Source of the DNA: Opitutia bacterium
GTDB taxonomy: Bacteria > Verrucomicrobiota > Verrucomicrobiia > Opitutales > UBA953
Reading direction: 5' to 3'
DNA length: 64,000 bases
Assembly: GCA_947470855.1 (NCBI GenBank)
Contig: CANIUQ010000006.1
Span: 7,783 to 71,782 of the forward strand
Positions 19,854-28,902 of the stretch are shown piece by piece. The notes below the pieces were generated by a model. It had not been told where the DNA came from and searched no databases. It saw only the letters and a program-made list of their open reading frames with translations. The position numbers were made by a program, and so were the translations under genes. Position 1 is the stretch's first letter. Each line of letters opens with the position of its first letter.

Positions 19854-20879
19854 CTAGGCAATCCATTGCTTATCGAGTCGCTGGCGAATTTGCTCTTCTG
19901 CCCATCGAGCATGTTCCGCAACCATAGCGTTGTCGTGATTAATCAGTTGAAGTACCGCTGGTATATCTTCGTGGCCACCGGTATTCCCCAAGACCGTCAA
20001 GGCGTTACGCCACCAACGAAGCAAACCCAAACGCTTGATTGGCGTTCCGCGAAAATGCTCAACGAACTTTTCCTCGGTCCAAGACAGCGTCTCACGTAAG
20101 ACGGGATGAGAGCGAGCCGTGAAACGTGCCTCTTTCGTGTTTTGAGCCCACCGATTCCAGGGACAAACATCTAAACAATCGTCGCAGCCATAAACCCGAT
20201 TACCCAAAGCAGCTCGATAAGCCACGGGAATCGCTCCTTGATGCTCTATCGTCAAATAAGCCAAACATTTACGGGCATCGAGTTGATACGGGGCGATAAT
20301 CGCTGCCGTTGGGCAGGCCTCAATGCAACGCGTACAGGAGCCACATCGGTTTGGCTGTTTATGAGATGGAGTTAAATCGAGAGTGGTAATGATAACTCCT
20401 AGGAAAAGCCAGGTGCCGTAGCCCTTTTGTAATAGTATGGTGCTCTTACCCTGCCAACCCAGCCCAGCCTCCGCTGCCACAGGCTTTTCTAAAACGGGCC
20501 CCGTATCGACATAGGGCTTCTGTTCGCCGCCCATCGAACGCATCACTGTACAGAGTTTCTTCAGCCGCTTTAAAAGAACGCCATGGTAATCTTCACCTAA
20601 AGCATATTTCGCGATGCGGTAGGCTGCCGGCGGATGGGGTTGATAATAATTTAAGCCTACCACGACAAAGCTTCGTGCTTCAGGTAAAACTTGCTTTGCC
20701 TCCGTACGACGCTGCGGATTTTTTTCCATCCAGGTCATGTCTCCGTGCATCCCCTCCGCAATCCATCGGCGAAAGTAATCGGCTCGGACATCGATATCCA
20801 CTGGCGCTACACCAAAAACATCAAAACCCACTTCCAGGGCGGCGGCCCGTAAAAACTCCCGCCGTGCAGTGGCATCCAT
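19854..20879 (-). CDS. queG: tRNA epoxyqueuosine(34) reductase
   Basis: 341 aa. It has a ferredoxin-type cluster motif CGSCTRCIEACPTAAI, a second CDDCLDVCPWN motif and a HEAT-like C-terminus. Confidence 0.88.
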   Translation of the reverse strand: MDATARREFLRAAALEVGFDVFGVAPVDIDVRADYFRRWIAEGMHGDMTWMEKNPQRRTEAKQVLPEARSFVVVGLNYYQPHPPAAYRIAKYALGEDYHGVLLKRLKKLCTVMRSMGGEQKPYVDTGPVLEKPVAAEAGLGWQGKSTILLQKGYGTWLFLGVIITTLDLTPSHKQPNRCGSCTRCIEACPTAAIIAPYQLDARKCLAYLTIEHQGAIPVAYRAALGNRVYGCDDCLDVCPWNRWAQNTKEARFTARSHPVLRETLSWTEEKFVEHFRGTPIKRLGLLRWWRNALTVLGNTGGHEDIPAVLQLINHDNAMVAEHARWAEEQIRQRLDKQWIA

Positions 20880-20882
20880 AAC

Positions 20883-21431
20883 TCAACCTAAAATCGATAA
20901 GATACGAGAAACGATTTCATCCACTGGAGCCAACTTCCCATTCCCCTCATATCCGCAGGCCAACATCCCCTCCACGGGATCAACAATCGCGTGACCACGT
21001 GCTCTCAGGGTTGCTAAGTTCACTTGCGTCGCTGGATGCTCATACATTTTCCCATTCATGGCTGGAGCCAAAAGCACGGGGCCACGAGTAGCCAAATAAA
21101 TTGAAGTTAATAAATCGGGAGCAAGTCCGTGGGCAAATTCAGCCAAGACGTTTGCAGAAAGCGGAGCGACACAAAGCAGGTCTGCAGAATCGGCTATTTC
21201 AATATGGCTAGGAACGGAATTTTTTCCTTCCTCCCAGATATCAACGCCCACGGGTCGCTGCGAAAGGACTTGTAATGTCATCGGAGTGATAAACTGCGTC
21301 GCTCCTTTCGTCATAACGACTTGGACTTCCGCACCATATTTTACCAATTGCGAAGTAAGATCGGCAGCTTTGTAGGCAGCGATAGAACCAGTAACACCGA
21401 GAACGATACGTTTACCGACAAGTTGAGACAT
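20883..21431 (-). CDS. coaC: phosphopantothenoylcysteine decarboxylase (stand-alone flavoprotein, no CoaB domain)
   Basis: The start is placed at ATG 21431 (MSQLVGKRIVLGVTGSIAAYK). The PAMNGKMYEHPATQ motif and the substrate clamp GMLACGYEGNGKLA are present. At 182 aa, only the HFCD/CoaC half of Dfp is present. Confidence 0.8.
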   Translation of the reverse strand: MSQLVGKRIVLGVTGSIAAYKAADLTSQLVKYGAEVQVVMTKGATQFITPMTLQVLSQRPVGVDIWEEGKNSVPSHIEIADSADLLCVAPLSANVLAEFAHGLAPDLLTSIYLATRGPVLLAPAMNGKMYEHPATQVNLATLRARGHAIVDPVEGMLACGYEGNGKLAPVDEIVSRILSILG

Positions 21432-21571
21432 AACGAGGCTTTCATAAGAAATCGACCTAGGCTGGCGAGGGCAAAGGCGGGCGAACCTCGCACATGCCTG
21501 ATAAAATCGCAGAAAAAGGGACTTTTCTGGTTTGCCACGCTCGCCCAAGGGGCTTGCCATTGAAATCTCTT

Positions 21572-23068
21572 ATGCAATCCGACATTGGTCTTATTGGTTT
21601 GGCTGTGATGGGTCAAAACCTCGCTCTCAATATCGCCGACCATGGGTTTGCGATTTCAGTCTACAATCGCACAACGGCGAAGACGGACGAGTTTATCAAA
21701 GAAAACCCACACACTCCTGGAAAGTTAACTGGCTGTACCACCATGGCTGCGTTTGCGGCATCCTTAAAGAAACCACGCAAAGCCATCATCCTCGTCAAAG
21801 CAGGAGCTCCAACGGACGCAGTTATTAACGAACTCGCGGCTGTTTTTGAAATAGGCGACATCATCATCGATGGAGGAAACGCCTTGTGGACGGACACCAT
21901 CCGTCGGGAACGCGAGTTAAAGGCCAAAGGACTCCGTTTTATCGGCTCGGGTGTTTCTGGCGGTGAAGAAGGCGCCCGTTTCGGGCCCTCTTTAATGCCT
22001 GGAGGTGATGCCTCAGCTTGGGCCGAATTAAAACCGATTTGGGAAGCGGTTGCCGCGAAAGTCGATGCTCAAACCGGTGCAGAACTGACGGGAGCAAAAC
22101 CAGGTAAGCCAATTCAAGGTGGCGTTCCTTGTGTGGCCCACATCGGGCCTGATGGCGCAGGTCATTATGTAAAAATGGTGCACAACGGTATCGAATACGG
22201 CGATATGCAAATGATTTGTGAAGCGTATGACTTAATGCGCGGTTTGCTGGGGATGACTCCTGATGAAATCGGGGCAACTTTTGAAGAATGGAATAAGGGT
22301 GATCTCAATTCATTCCTCATCGAAATTACCGCTAAAGTGCTCAAACAAAAAGACCCCGAAACGGGCGTGCCATTAGTTGATGTTATTTTAGATACCGCAG
22401 GTCAAAAAGGGACGGGTAAGTGGACGAGCGCTAATGCCCTAGACATGGGTGTAGCCGCACCCACGATTGCTGAAGCCGTTTTTGCTCGCTGCCTTTCTGC
22501 TATCAAAGAAGAGCGCGTCGCTGCAGCAAAAGTTCTTCGCGGCCCCAAGCGCAACATGACCAACCCCGATAAAGCGAAAGTGATCGAACAAATTCGTGAC
22601 GCCCTTTATTGCTCAAAAATTTGTTCATACGCACAAGGATTCCAGCTCATGCGTGAAGCGCAAAAAGAGTATCAATGGAAACTTCATTTCGGAGAAATCG
22701 CACAAATTTGGCGTGGCGGATGCATTATCCGCGCTCGGTTCTTACAAAAAATCACCGAGGCATTCGTCAAGAAACCCAAACTCGCCAATCTATTACTCGA
22801 TCCTTACTTCAAGAAAACCGTTCGACAGGCTCAGAAAAACTGGCGCAAAGTTATCGCCCTTGCGGTGAAACATGGCATCCCCGTTCCAACTTTGGGTTCA
22901 GCGCTTTCTTATTTCGACTCCTATCGCACCGAGTGTTTGCCGCAAAACCTTTTACAGGGTCAGCGTGACTTTTTCGGCGCTCATACTTATGAGCGTACAG
23001 ATAAACCGCGGGGCGAATTCTTCCACATTGATTGGCCCGATCCTAAACGCCCACAAATCAAAGCGTAA
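21572..23068 (+). CDS. gnd: 6-phosphogluconate dehydrogenase (decarboxylating)
   Basis: The start is placed at ATG 21572 ([20 protein letters not shown], the Rossmann motif). The blocks [34 protein letters not shown] and [12 protein letters not shown] are present. The longer track ORF would overlap coaC. Confidence 0.95.
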   Translation: MQSDIGLIGLAVMGQNLALNIADHGFAISVYNRTTAKTDEFIKENPHTPGKLTGCTTMAAFAASLKKPRKAIILVKAGAPTDAVINELAAVFEIGDIIIDGGNALWTDTIRRERELKAKGLRFIGSGVSGGEEGARFGPSLMPGGDASAWAELKPIWEAVAAKVDAQTGAELTGAKPGKPIQGGVPCVAHIGPDGAGHYVKMVHNGIEYGDMQMICEAYDLMRGLLGMTPDEIGATFEEWNKGDLNSFLIEITAKVLKQKDPETGVPLVDVILDTAGQKGTGKWTSANALDMGVAAPTIAEAVFARCLSAIKEERVAAAKVLRGPKRNMTNPDKAKVIEQIRDALYCSKICSYAQGFQLMREAQKEYQWKLHFGEIAQIWRGGCIIRARFLQKITEAFVKKPKLANLLLDPYFKKTVRQAQKNWRKVIALAVKHGIPVPTLGSALSYFDSYRTECLPQNLLQGQRDFFGAHTYERTDKPRGEFFHIDWPDPKRPQIKA

Positions 23069-23082
23069 ACTGCACCCTTTCG

Positions 23083-23108
23083 CCCCAGCCCCGCTGGGGT
23101 TTTTCTTT
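23083..23108 (+). terminator. rho-independent terminator after gnd
   Basis: CCCCAGC-ccc-GCTGGGG forms a 7-bp stem (23083-23089 / 23093-23099) followed by TTTTTCTTT. Confidence 0.75.
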
Positions 23109-23139
23109 ACCCGACAGGAATCTTTTCAATTTTGAAGAA

Positions 23140-23610
23140 ATGCGCATTACTCGTGAATTAAAACAATCCATCAAAAAAGGCATGCATGTCGATTACACAC
23201 AGGTGCGATTTAAACTTCCACATCTGCCTCGTCGCTGGCCTAAGTGCTTTGCCACGATTACTGGATTCGCCACCACGGGAGAAATTTGGTCAGCTACTCG
23301 GAATAAACGCGCAGATACAAAGTTAAAAACTTTTCTAAAAAAATTAGGGGTAAAAATTTATCGGATTACTGGCTACTCAGTTAAAAATCCTGCTCATGCT
23401 GAAGATGGCTGGCTGGCCCCCCTGGCCTTCGATGACGCCTGTGACATCGGACTGCTCTTTAAACAGGACGCTATTTACTACGTGATCGATGACGCACTTT
23501 TTGTCAGCTATTGCGATCAACGTCGAAAGCTTATCCCCATGGGAACGTTTATCTCTCGTGTTGATCAAACCAAGAAAACTAAGCCTTCAAAGCGTCTGAC
23601 TTCTTCTTGA
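23140..23610 (+). CDS. DUF3293-like hypothetical protein
   Basis: 156 aa. The pattern FATITGFA...NKRADTKLKTFLKKLG...GY....AHAEDGWLAP....DACDIGLLFKQDAIYYV resembles my recollection of DUF3293. This cannot be verified without an HMM search. Confidence 0.5.
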   Translation: MRITRELKQSIKKGMHVDYTQVRFKLPHLPRRWPKCFATITGFATTGEIWSATRNKRADTKLKTFLKKLGVKIYRITGYSVKNPAHAEDGWLAPLAFDDACDIGLLFKQDAIYYVIDDALFVSYCDQRRKLIPMGTFISRVDQTKKTKPSKRLTSS

Positions 23611-23803
23611 AGAAGAACCGCAGGGTTTTGGATTTTAATCGTCGCCAAATTCTCAGCCCTTTGGGGTGCCACGTTAAGCCAATACTAGCACCAAGAATAA
23701 GCAGTGGAATTCCTGGAATAAAAGGCAAAATAAAGCCAACCAAGCCGGTAGCGAAAATAGCACCCCCAACGAGAACGCGCACGATTTGAATAAGGCTTAA
23801 CAC
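23579..23803 (-). CDS. small two-TM membrane protein (PGPGW/YbaN-like?)
   Basis: 74 aa with two hydrophobic helices flanking LPFIPGIPLL and a basic C-terminal tail. Its 3' end overlaps the 3' end of the convergent DUF3293-like gene by 32 nt. Coding status is uncertain. Confidence 0.4.
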   Translation of the reverse strand: MLSLIQIVRVLVGGAIFATGLVGFILPFIPGIPLLILGASIGLTWHPKGLRIWRRLKSKTLRFFFKKKSDALKA

Positions 23804-23899
23804 AATTAAGATTCAAAACTGATTTCAACTTGTAGCAAACCTCGAAAAAATGAAATCGGGCTAATTCGAGTTTACTGGCCAAAACTAAGCTTCGGAGAA

Positions 23900-24139
23900 C
23901 TATAGGGACTTATGGCTACCATCGCATAAAGCGCCCTTCTTCGAATGCTTACAGGCACAAAAGTAAACCGTGCCATTTGCCTCAGCCCGATAAGGGACAG
24001 GGGCGAACGATGTTCCCTTATGAGCTCCATCACAAAAAGGCTGTGACTTACTCTGCCCACACGAGCACCAATAATAAGTTTTCCCAGCTTCAACGAGAAC
24101 AGGCATGGGAGATTTTTGAGGAATGTGTGGTTGCGACAT
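23900..24139 (-). CDS. CDGSH iron-sulfur domain-containing protein (two CDGSH motifs)
   Basis: The start is placed at ATG 24139. It carries two motifs, CSCGQSKSQPFCDGAHK and CACKHSKKGALCDGSHK. Confidence 0.8.
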   Translation of the reverse strand: MSQPHIPQKSPMPVLVEAGKTYYWCSCGQSKSQPFCDGAHKGTSFAPVPYRAEANGTVYFCACKHSKKGALCDGSHKSL

Positions 24140-24146
24140 AAGAAAA

Positions 24147-25544
24147 CTATGGTGCCGTTCCCGTTTGCGTCCAGCCTCCTCCAGTTGCAGCAATCAATCG
24201 CACTGAGGCCTGACAGCGCTCGAGTTCCAAGCGCACATAAGTACGACGCGCCATGGCAACATCGCGTTGGGCAATCACGACTTCTTGCTCATTTGCAACG
24301 CCAGCAGCAAAACGCGTTTGAGCATTCTGGTAGCGATCTTTAGTGGCTACTAAAACACGTTCAGCTAAGTCGACTTGAAGAGCGAGTTCGCGTAAATCGA
24401 CCAAACTATCTTCCACTTCGCGAAATGCATTTAAAACGGCTTTACGCCAATTAGCTCCCGCGATTTCTATTTCAGTACGAGCCAACTCGAGATTCGCGTT
24501 CCGTCGATCAGCGTCAAAAAGAGGTAATTCGATGCTTGGCATAAGCGACCAAAATCCCGATGAGCCACGTCCCACACGCGAGGCGGGGTCGGCCTGCCAG
24601 CCTGCTTGCCCAGTGAGGGTGACCCGCGGATAAAAGTCGGCACGAGCAGCCCCTTCGCGAGACATCGCTGCATCCAACTTCGCAGCAGCCGCCATTAAAT
24701 CGGGTCGACGAAGCAATAAAGCCGAGGGAACTCCCGCTCCGAACTCGGGTCGTGTTTTCTTTTCCGTCGTGGCTGGAGATGGGGGCAAGGCTTCACTAGG
24801 CGATGCACCCAGTAAAACACGTAGAGCGTTTTCCAGTGCTGCCAATCGCTGAATGGCCTGTGTTTCTTCGAGCTTAGCTTGAGCTGCAGCCAAACGAGCC
24901 GCTGATAAAGGATCAGAGGCTAGAATTCCTGCATTAACGGATTTCTCGATTAATTCCATTTCACGATAACGAGCCTTGAACTCTTCAGCTAAACACTCTG
25001 CCTCAACTCGAGCGGCTTGTATTGAAAACCAGTGACGTGCGACTTCTGCACTTAAGGATATTTTAGCATCATCCGCCGAATAACTTGCTGCCATAGCCTC
25101 CGCCATCGCTGCTTGTGCTTGGTCTTTATTTTGACCCCAAATATCTAATTCCCACGAAGCCTGGCCTCCAACTGTAAGAATATCAAACCGTCTTGGCATG
25201 CCGGGAAAATTCCTTCCAGATTCGGCGGAATTTCTCGATGATTCAAAGGAAACTTGAGCATCCAATCGTGGCAGTAAATCGGCATTCGCTGCAGCAACGG
25301 CTGCTCGAGCTGAGCGCCAACGAGCTTGAGCGACGGTTAAATCGGGATTGGCTTTGTAAGCGCGCAAAATTAATTCATCTAACGCTGGCTCGTTAAAACT
25401 TTTCCACCACTGCTGTTTAGCGGGCTCGCCTACGACAGAAAACTGAGCAGGAGGAACAACGCTTTCTGGGCGGGGTGTGGCTTCATGCGCACAACCCGAG
25501 AGCAATACAGCAAAAACTAAGACTTGTTTATTTAGCTTGGTCAT
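24147..25544 (-). CDS. efflux transporter outer membrane factor lipoprotein (NodT/TolC family)
   Basis: The start is placed at ATG 25544 (MTKLNKQVLVFAVLLSGC, a lipobox). The body consists of two TolC-like repeats of long helices. It overlaps the adaptor gene stop by 17 nt. Confidence 0.85.
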   Translation of the reverse strand: MTKLNKQVLVFAVLLSGCAHEATPRPESVVPPAQFSVVGEPAKQQWWKSFNEPALDELILRAYKANPDLTVAQARWRSARAAVAAANADLLPRLDAQVSFESSRNSAESGRNFPGMPRRFDILTVGGQASWELDIWGQNKDQAQAAMAEAMAASYSADDAKISLSAEVARHWFSIQAARVEAECLAEEFKARYREMELIEKSVNAGILASDPLSAARLAAAQAKLEETQAIQRLAALENALRVLLGASPSEALPPSPATTEKKTRPEFGAGVPSALLLRRPDLMAAAAKLDAAMSREGAARADFYPRVTLTGQAGWQADPASRVGRGSSGFWSLMPSIELPLFDADRRNANLELARTEIEIAGANWRKAVLNAFREVEDSLVDLRELALQVDLAERVLVATKDRYQNAQTRFAAGVANEQEVVIAQRDVAMARRTYVRLELERCQASVRLIAATGGGWTQTGTAP

Positions 25545-26454
25545 CTGCATGAGAAGCGTCGATGTAGACATCCATTTGTTGACCAACAAAAATAGAGCGG
25601 TCTGTAGGACGTTCAAAAGCGTAGATAACTTGCAAGACCCGTGTATCGACGCGTTCGGTACTACCACCAGTGAGCGAGACTTTGGGAATAACAAAGGGTT
25701 CAATCCGCACAAATTTTAAGGAGATGGCTCGATTTTCTGCATTAACCCGAGAAGCTTCGCCTTTCAGAAAACCACGTGCTGGTAAACCTTCGCGCATTCT
25801 GGGCGCTAACTGTTCGTCCACATCGCAACGAATTTGTAATTTGGAGATATCCCCTAAAACAAGCGGGGCTCTCGCACCCGCAGCAACAAACTCTCCTGCC
25901 CTGACATTCACCTGTAAAACCGTCGCATCAATGGGAGCACGCAATACCAGCCGATCTAAGGTAACCCTCGTTTGTTCTGCTTGGGCTTTAGCCAAAGCCC
26001 ACTTTGAGCGAGCTTCTTTAGCAGCGACTTGGTAAGAGAGCAAATCTGCCGGACTTACGGCACCGGTATCTTTTAAAGAGGTCCAGCGTTTAGCTTGGTC
26101 TTCCGCTCGTTCTAAAGTGGCCTCGGCAGCCTCAACCGCTGCTAGTTGCACTTGATACTGCATTTTCCACTCCCGATCATCTAAAGTTATCAAAGCATCA
26201 CCTGCTTTAACTTTATCCCAGACTTTGACATGAACTTGTTGCACAGTGCCTGAAGTGGGAGAGCCGAGTAGAGTGTTTTCAGCCGAAGCTTCCACCAAAC
26301 CCGCTGCCGAAATTAATCCGTCTTTATCTCGAACGGCTGGGGTATAAGGCGGCGGGTTGATCGGCGCCTCAGAAGAAGTGCCCCGCGTTAATTGAAATGC
26401 GGCGATAGCTCCCGCGAAAGCTAAGAGTATAAGGATAATCCGTTTTTTGAACAT
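25528..26454 (-). CDS. HlyD-family periplasmic adaptor (DevB/MacA-like)
   Basis: 308 aa. It has an N-terminal TM anchor, a biotinyl-lipoyl-like half motif (VKVWDKVKAGDALITLD), a coiled-coil hairpin and a beta-barrel domain. Confidence 0.8.
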   Translation of the reverse strand: MFKKRIILILLAFAGAIAAFQLTRGTSSEAPINPPPYTPAVRDKDGLISAAGLVEASAENTLLGSPTSGTVQQVHVKVWDKVKAGDALITLDDREWKMQYQVQLAAVEAAEATLERAEDQAKRWTSLKDTGAVSPADLLSYQVAAKEARSKWALAKAQAEQTRVTLDRLVLRAPIDATVLQVNVRAGEFVAAGARAPLVLGDISKLQIRCDVDEQLAPRMREGLPARGFLKGEASRVNAENRAISLKFVRIEPFVIPKVSLTGGSTERVDTRVLQVIYAFERPTDRSIFVGQQMDVYIDASHADDQAK

Positions 26455-26467
26455 GGGCTTAGTGCGT

Positions 26468-27196
26468 TTAAAGGTGGGGTTGAATTTCTAAAGTACTCGA
26501 GTCATCAATTACACGGCTGATGCGACCGTCCTCCATTTCCGCAATGCGATCGGCAAAACGGAAGATACGAAAATCATGTGTCACAACGACAACACAGCGC
26601 TGAGGAGAGCGGGATAAATCCCGAATCATTTGCATGATTTGAGCTCCCGTATCTTTATCGAGGGCTGAAGTTGGCTCATCGCAAATCAACAAAGTAGGTT
26701 CATGCACAAGAGCTCGCGCAATCGCAACGCGCTGCTGTTGACCTCCCGAGAGAGCATTCGGAGAACTTTCTTCTCGGCCCTTTAATCCAACCTGCTCGAG
26801 AATCGCAGCCGCCTTACTGCGAGCTAAAGCATGCTTCGTTCCTTGAATCAGTAGCGGCACCATCACGTTTTCAATCACCGTTAAAGTTGGAATTAAGTTA
26901 AATGACTGAAAAACAAACCCGAGATTTTTTTGCCGAAAAGCGGTAAGCTCCGCTTGCGAAAGTCCATCAAGCCGTTGGCCGAAAACTTCGATTTCACCAG
27001 CTTGGGGTGTGAGGGTTCCGGCAATGACCGAGAGCAGGGTCGTTTTGCCACAACCCGAGGGCCCAACGAGCATAATAAGTTCTCCGCGACGTGCCGTAAA
27101 ATCCGCCTGCTTAAGAGCAAAGATTTTTGCCTCGCCTACGCCAAATGCTATTTCCACTTTACGCGCCGATACGGCGATCGGGTTATTTGTACTCAT
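26468..27196 (-). CDS. ABC transporter ATP-binding protein (DevA/MacB-NBD/LolD-like)
   Basis: It has Walker A GPSGCGKTT, the Q-loop, signature LSGGQQQRV, Walker B LLICDEPT and the H-loop VTHD. Confidence 0.9.
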   Translation of the reverse strand: MSTNNPIAVSARKVEIAFGVGEAKIFALKQADFTARRGELIMLVGPSGCGKTTLLSVIAGTLTPQAGEIEVFGQRLDGLSQAELTAFRQKNLGFVFQSFNLIPTLTVIENVMVPLLIQGTKHALARSKAAAILEQVGLKGREESSPNALSGGQQQRVAIARALVHEPTLLICDEPTSALDKDTGAQIMQMIRDLSRSPQRCVVVVTHDFRIFRFADRIAEMEDGRISRVIDDSSTLEIQPHL

Positions 27197-28383
27197 CCTC
27201 GGAAGACAGTTGCAGCATCGACTCGAGACACCTTAACAATACCGATGATAGCGGAAACGATACTGATGCCCATCGTCAGCGCCAGTGTCGCAAGAAGAAC
27301 TTGTGGGAACATAACAAAGGGCGGCATGCCTTTTTCAATCATCACCCGCCCGATTGCTTGCGCCATCCCTGCCCCCAATCCAAAGCCAATCAACCCAGCC
27401 GTGACTGCTTGGATGATAAGCATCCGGGCTAGAACGCCCATGCTTGCACCCATGGCTTTGATGGCCGCAAAGTATTTTAAATTCTCCAAGACAAAGGAAT
27501 AAAACGTTTGGCCAGAAACGGCAATCCCCACGAAAAGCCCCAGTGCCACGGCGGTGCCAAAGGAAAAAGGAATGCCGGTATTTTTCCAAAACCACCAAAA
27601 TGTATTTTTGGCTAAACTTCTTTCACTCCAGTCCCAGATAACCGTGTCCGTCGTCCATGCCTTAAGTCCCGTTTCAGTTTCAATTCGATGGCAAAGTTCA
27701 GCGGGGGTTACGCCAGCAACGGGTTCGGCTAACATGAAACTTAATGTGCGACGAGCGCCCAAAGTGTAAGTCTTAGAGCGATCGTAGGTGGTGTAAACAA
27801 ACGGTCCCCCCGTAAATGCCCGACGCACTTTACAAATTCCCACGATGCGTGCCTCGATATCATTAATTTCAAACACGTCACCTGGCTTGAGAGGCACGTT
27901 AGTAATTTTCCCATCAGGCCCTTTAACTGGACGACCCATGAGCTGGGCGCCCCACTCATCAACGATGACAGTGTTAGGCAACCGAAGGTCCTCGATTCGC
28001 CCCTGCGTAATTTGTGCTGGGGCTCCCGCAAAAGTATCCGCATCAATACCGACGAGCGTAATTAATTTAAAATTACCGTCCACCATCCGCGCTTGCAAAA
28101 ACGAGGTATGCAGTGGTGCGACCCAGGCCACTCCATCCACAGAGCGAACTCGCCCCAATTCGGTGTCTCGCATTGGCTTGGCATCATTCGCTTGCTCCAC
28201 CATGGGATCGCTCACCCAGACATGTGCGCGGATGTTAACCACCGGCGTATATGTCCAACTCATGATGCCGAAAAAGACCGATGTCTGTTGAGCCATTAAT
28301 AGGGCCGAAAATGATAGCCCGCAAAGAAGCATCGCGAGTTTAGCGCGATCCCCAAAAAGCATATTTAACGCGAGACGATACAT
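27193..28383 (-). CDS. ABC transporter permease, FtsX/MacB-type (DevC-like)
   Basis: 396 aa. The layout is TM1, a large periplasmic domain, then three C-terminal TMs (the FtsX-like fold). Its stop overlaps the ATPase gene start by 4 nt. Confidence 0.8.
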   Translation of the reverse strand: MYRLALNMLFGDRAKLAMLLCGLSFSALLMAQQTSVFFGIMSWTYTPVVNIRAHVWVSDPMVEQANDAKPMRDTELGRVRSVDGVAWVAPLHTSFLQARMVDGNFKLITLVGIDADTFAGAPAQITQGRIEDLRLPNTVIVDEWGAQLMGRPVKGPDGKITNVPLKPGDVFEINDIEARIVGICKVRRAFTGGPFVYTTYDRSKTYTLGARRTLSFMLAEPVAGVTPAELCHRIETETGLKAWTTDTVIWDWSERSLAKNTFWWFWKNTGIPFSFGTAVALGLFVGIAVSGQTFYSFVLENLKYFAAIKAMGASMGVLARMLIIQAVTAGLIGFGLGAGMAQAIGRVMIEKGMPPFVMFPQVLLATLALTMGISIVSAIIGIVKVSRVDAATVFRG

Positions 28384-28481
28384 GAATGTGCAATCAACAA
28401 GAGAGCGAGGCCCTCCGTTGATTTGCAGTCAACGAGTGGCGATGATTAGACATGTCAAACGTCTCGATAAATCAAAGAGAC

Positions 28482-28850
28482 TTAGAGACTAATCATCCAA
28501 AGATCTTTGAGGAAGCTGGGACCCCACGAGGCGTTTACTGCCCAAGTCAAAATAAGCAAAAGGAAGGCAATCGAGAAACATTTCACAACCTTTGCCTTAT
28601 CCTCGCTTTTTGCTGCTGCATGAAGAAGTCCAATCGCACCGAGAGCAAAAAGTGGATGTAATAAGGAAATCGATTTATGTGAGCCCCATAATGCAATGAG
28701 ACCAACCACAACATTAATGTCGACCAGTACAGCGACGATTCGCTGGAAAACAGGTTTAGGACCTTTGACTAAGGCCACAATCACCACGGCCAAAACCAAA
28801 GCTAATAAAAGTGAACCGTAGTGTTTATGAGATTTAAGGAGAATTTCCAT
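28482..28850 (-). CDS. hypothetical 4-TM membrane protein
   Basis: 122 aa with four hydrophobic segments. No family recognised. Confidence 0.45.
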   Translation of the reverse strand: MEILLKSHKHYGSLLLALVLAVVIVALVKGPKPVFQRIVAVLVDINVVVGLIALWGSHKSISLLHPLFALGAIGLLHAAAKSEDKAKVVKCFSIAFLLLILTWAVNASWGPSFLKDLWMISL

Positions 28851-28902
28851 AAACTCACATTGTTGCGATTTATTAGGGCATCAAGCCCTACTGCACTTAA
28901 TT

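Noticed and set aside
21494-21571. N-terminal extension of the gnd ORF, and the 21432-21560 extension of the coaC ORF
   Set aside because: The two extensions overlap each other on opposite strands and precede the conserved Rossmann and flavin-binding N-termini. The internal ATGs at 21572 and 21431 give canonical protein starts.
26930-27502. 190-aa ORF antisense across the ABC ATPase/permease junction
   Set aside because: It is a shadow ORF of two well-supported exporter genes. It has no motifs, an Arg/Pro/Ser-rich composition, and it overlaps two other spurious ORFs in the track.
28874-28890. Hairpin TAGGGC-atcaa-GCCCTA downstream of the MIP gene
   Set aside because: It has a 6-bp stem but no U-tract in the transcribed (minus) orientation, so it is not reportable as an intrinsic terminator.
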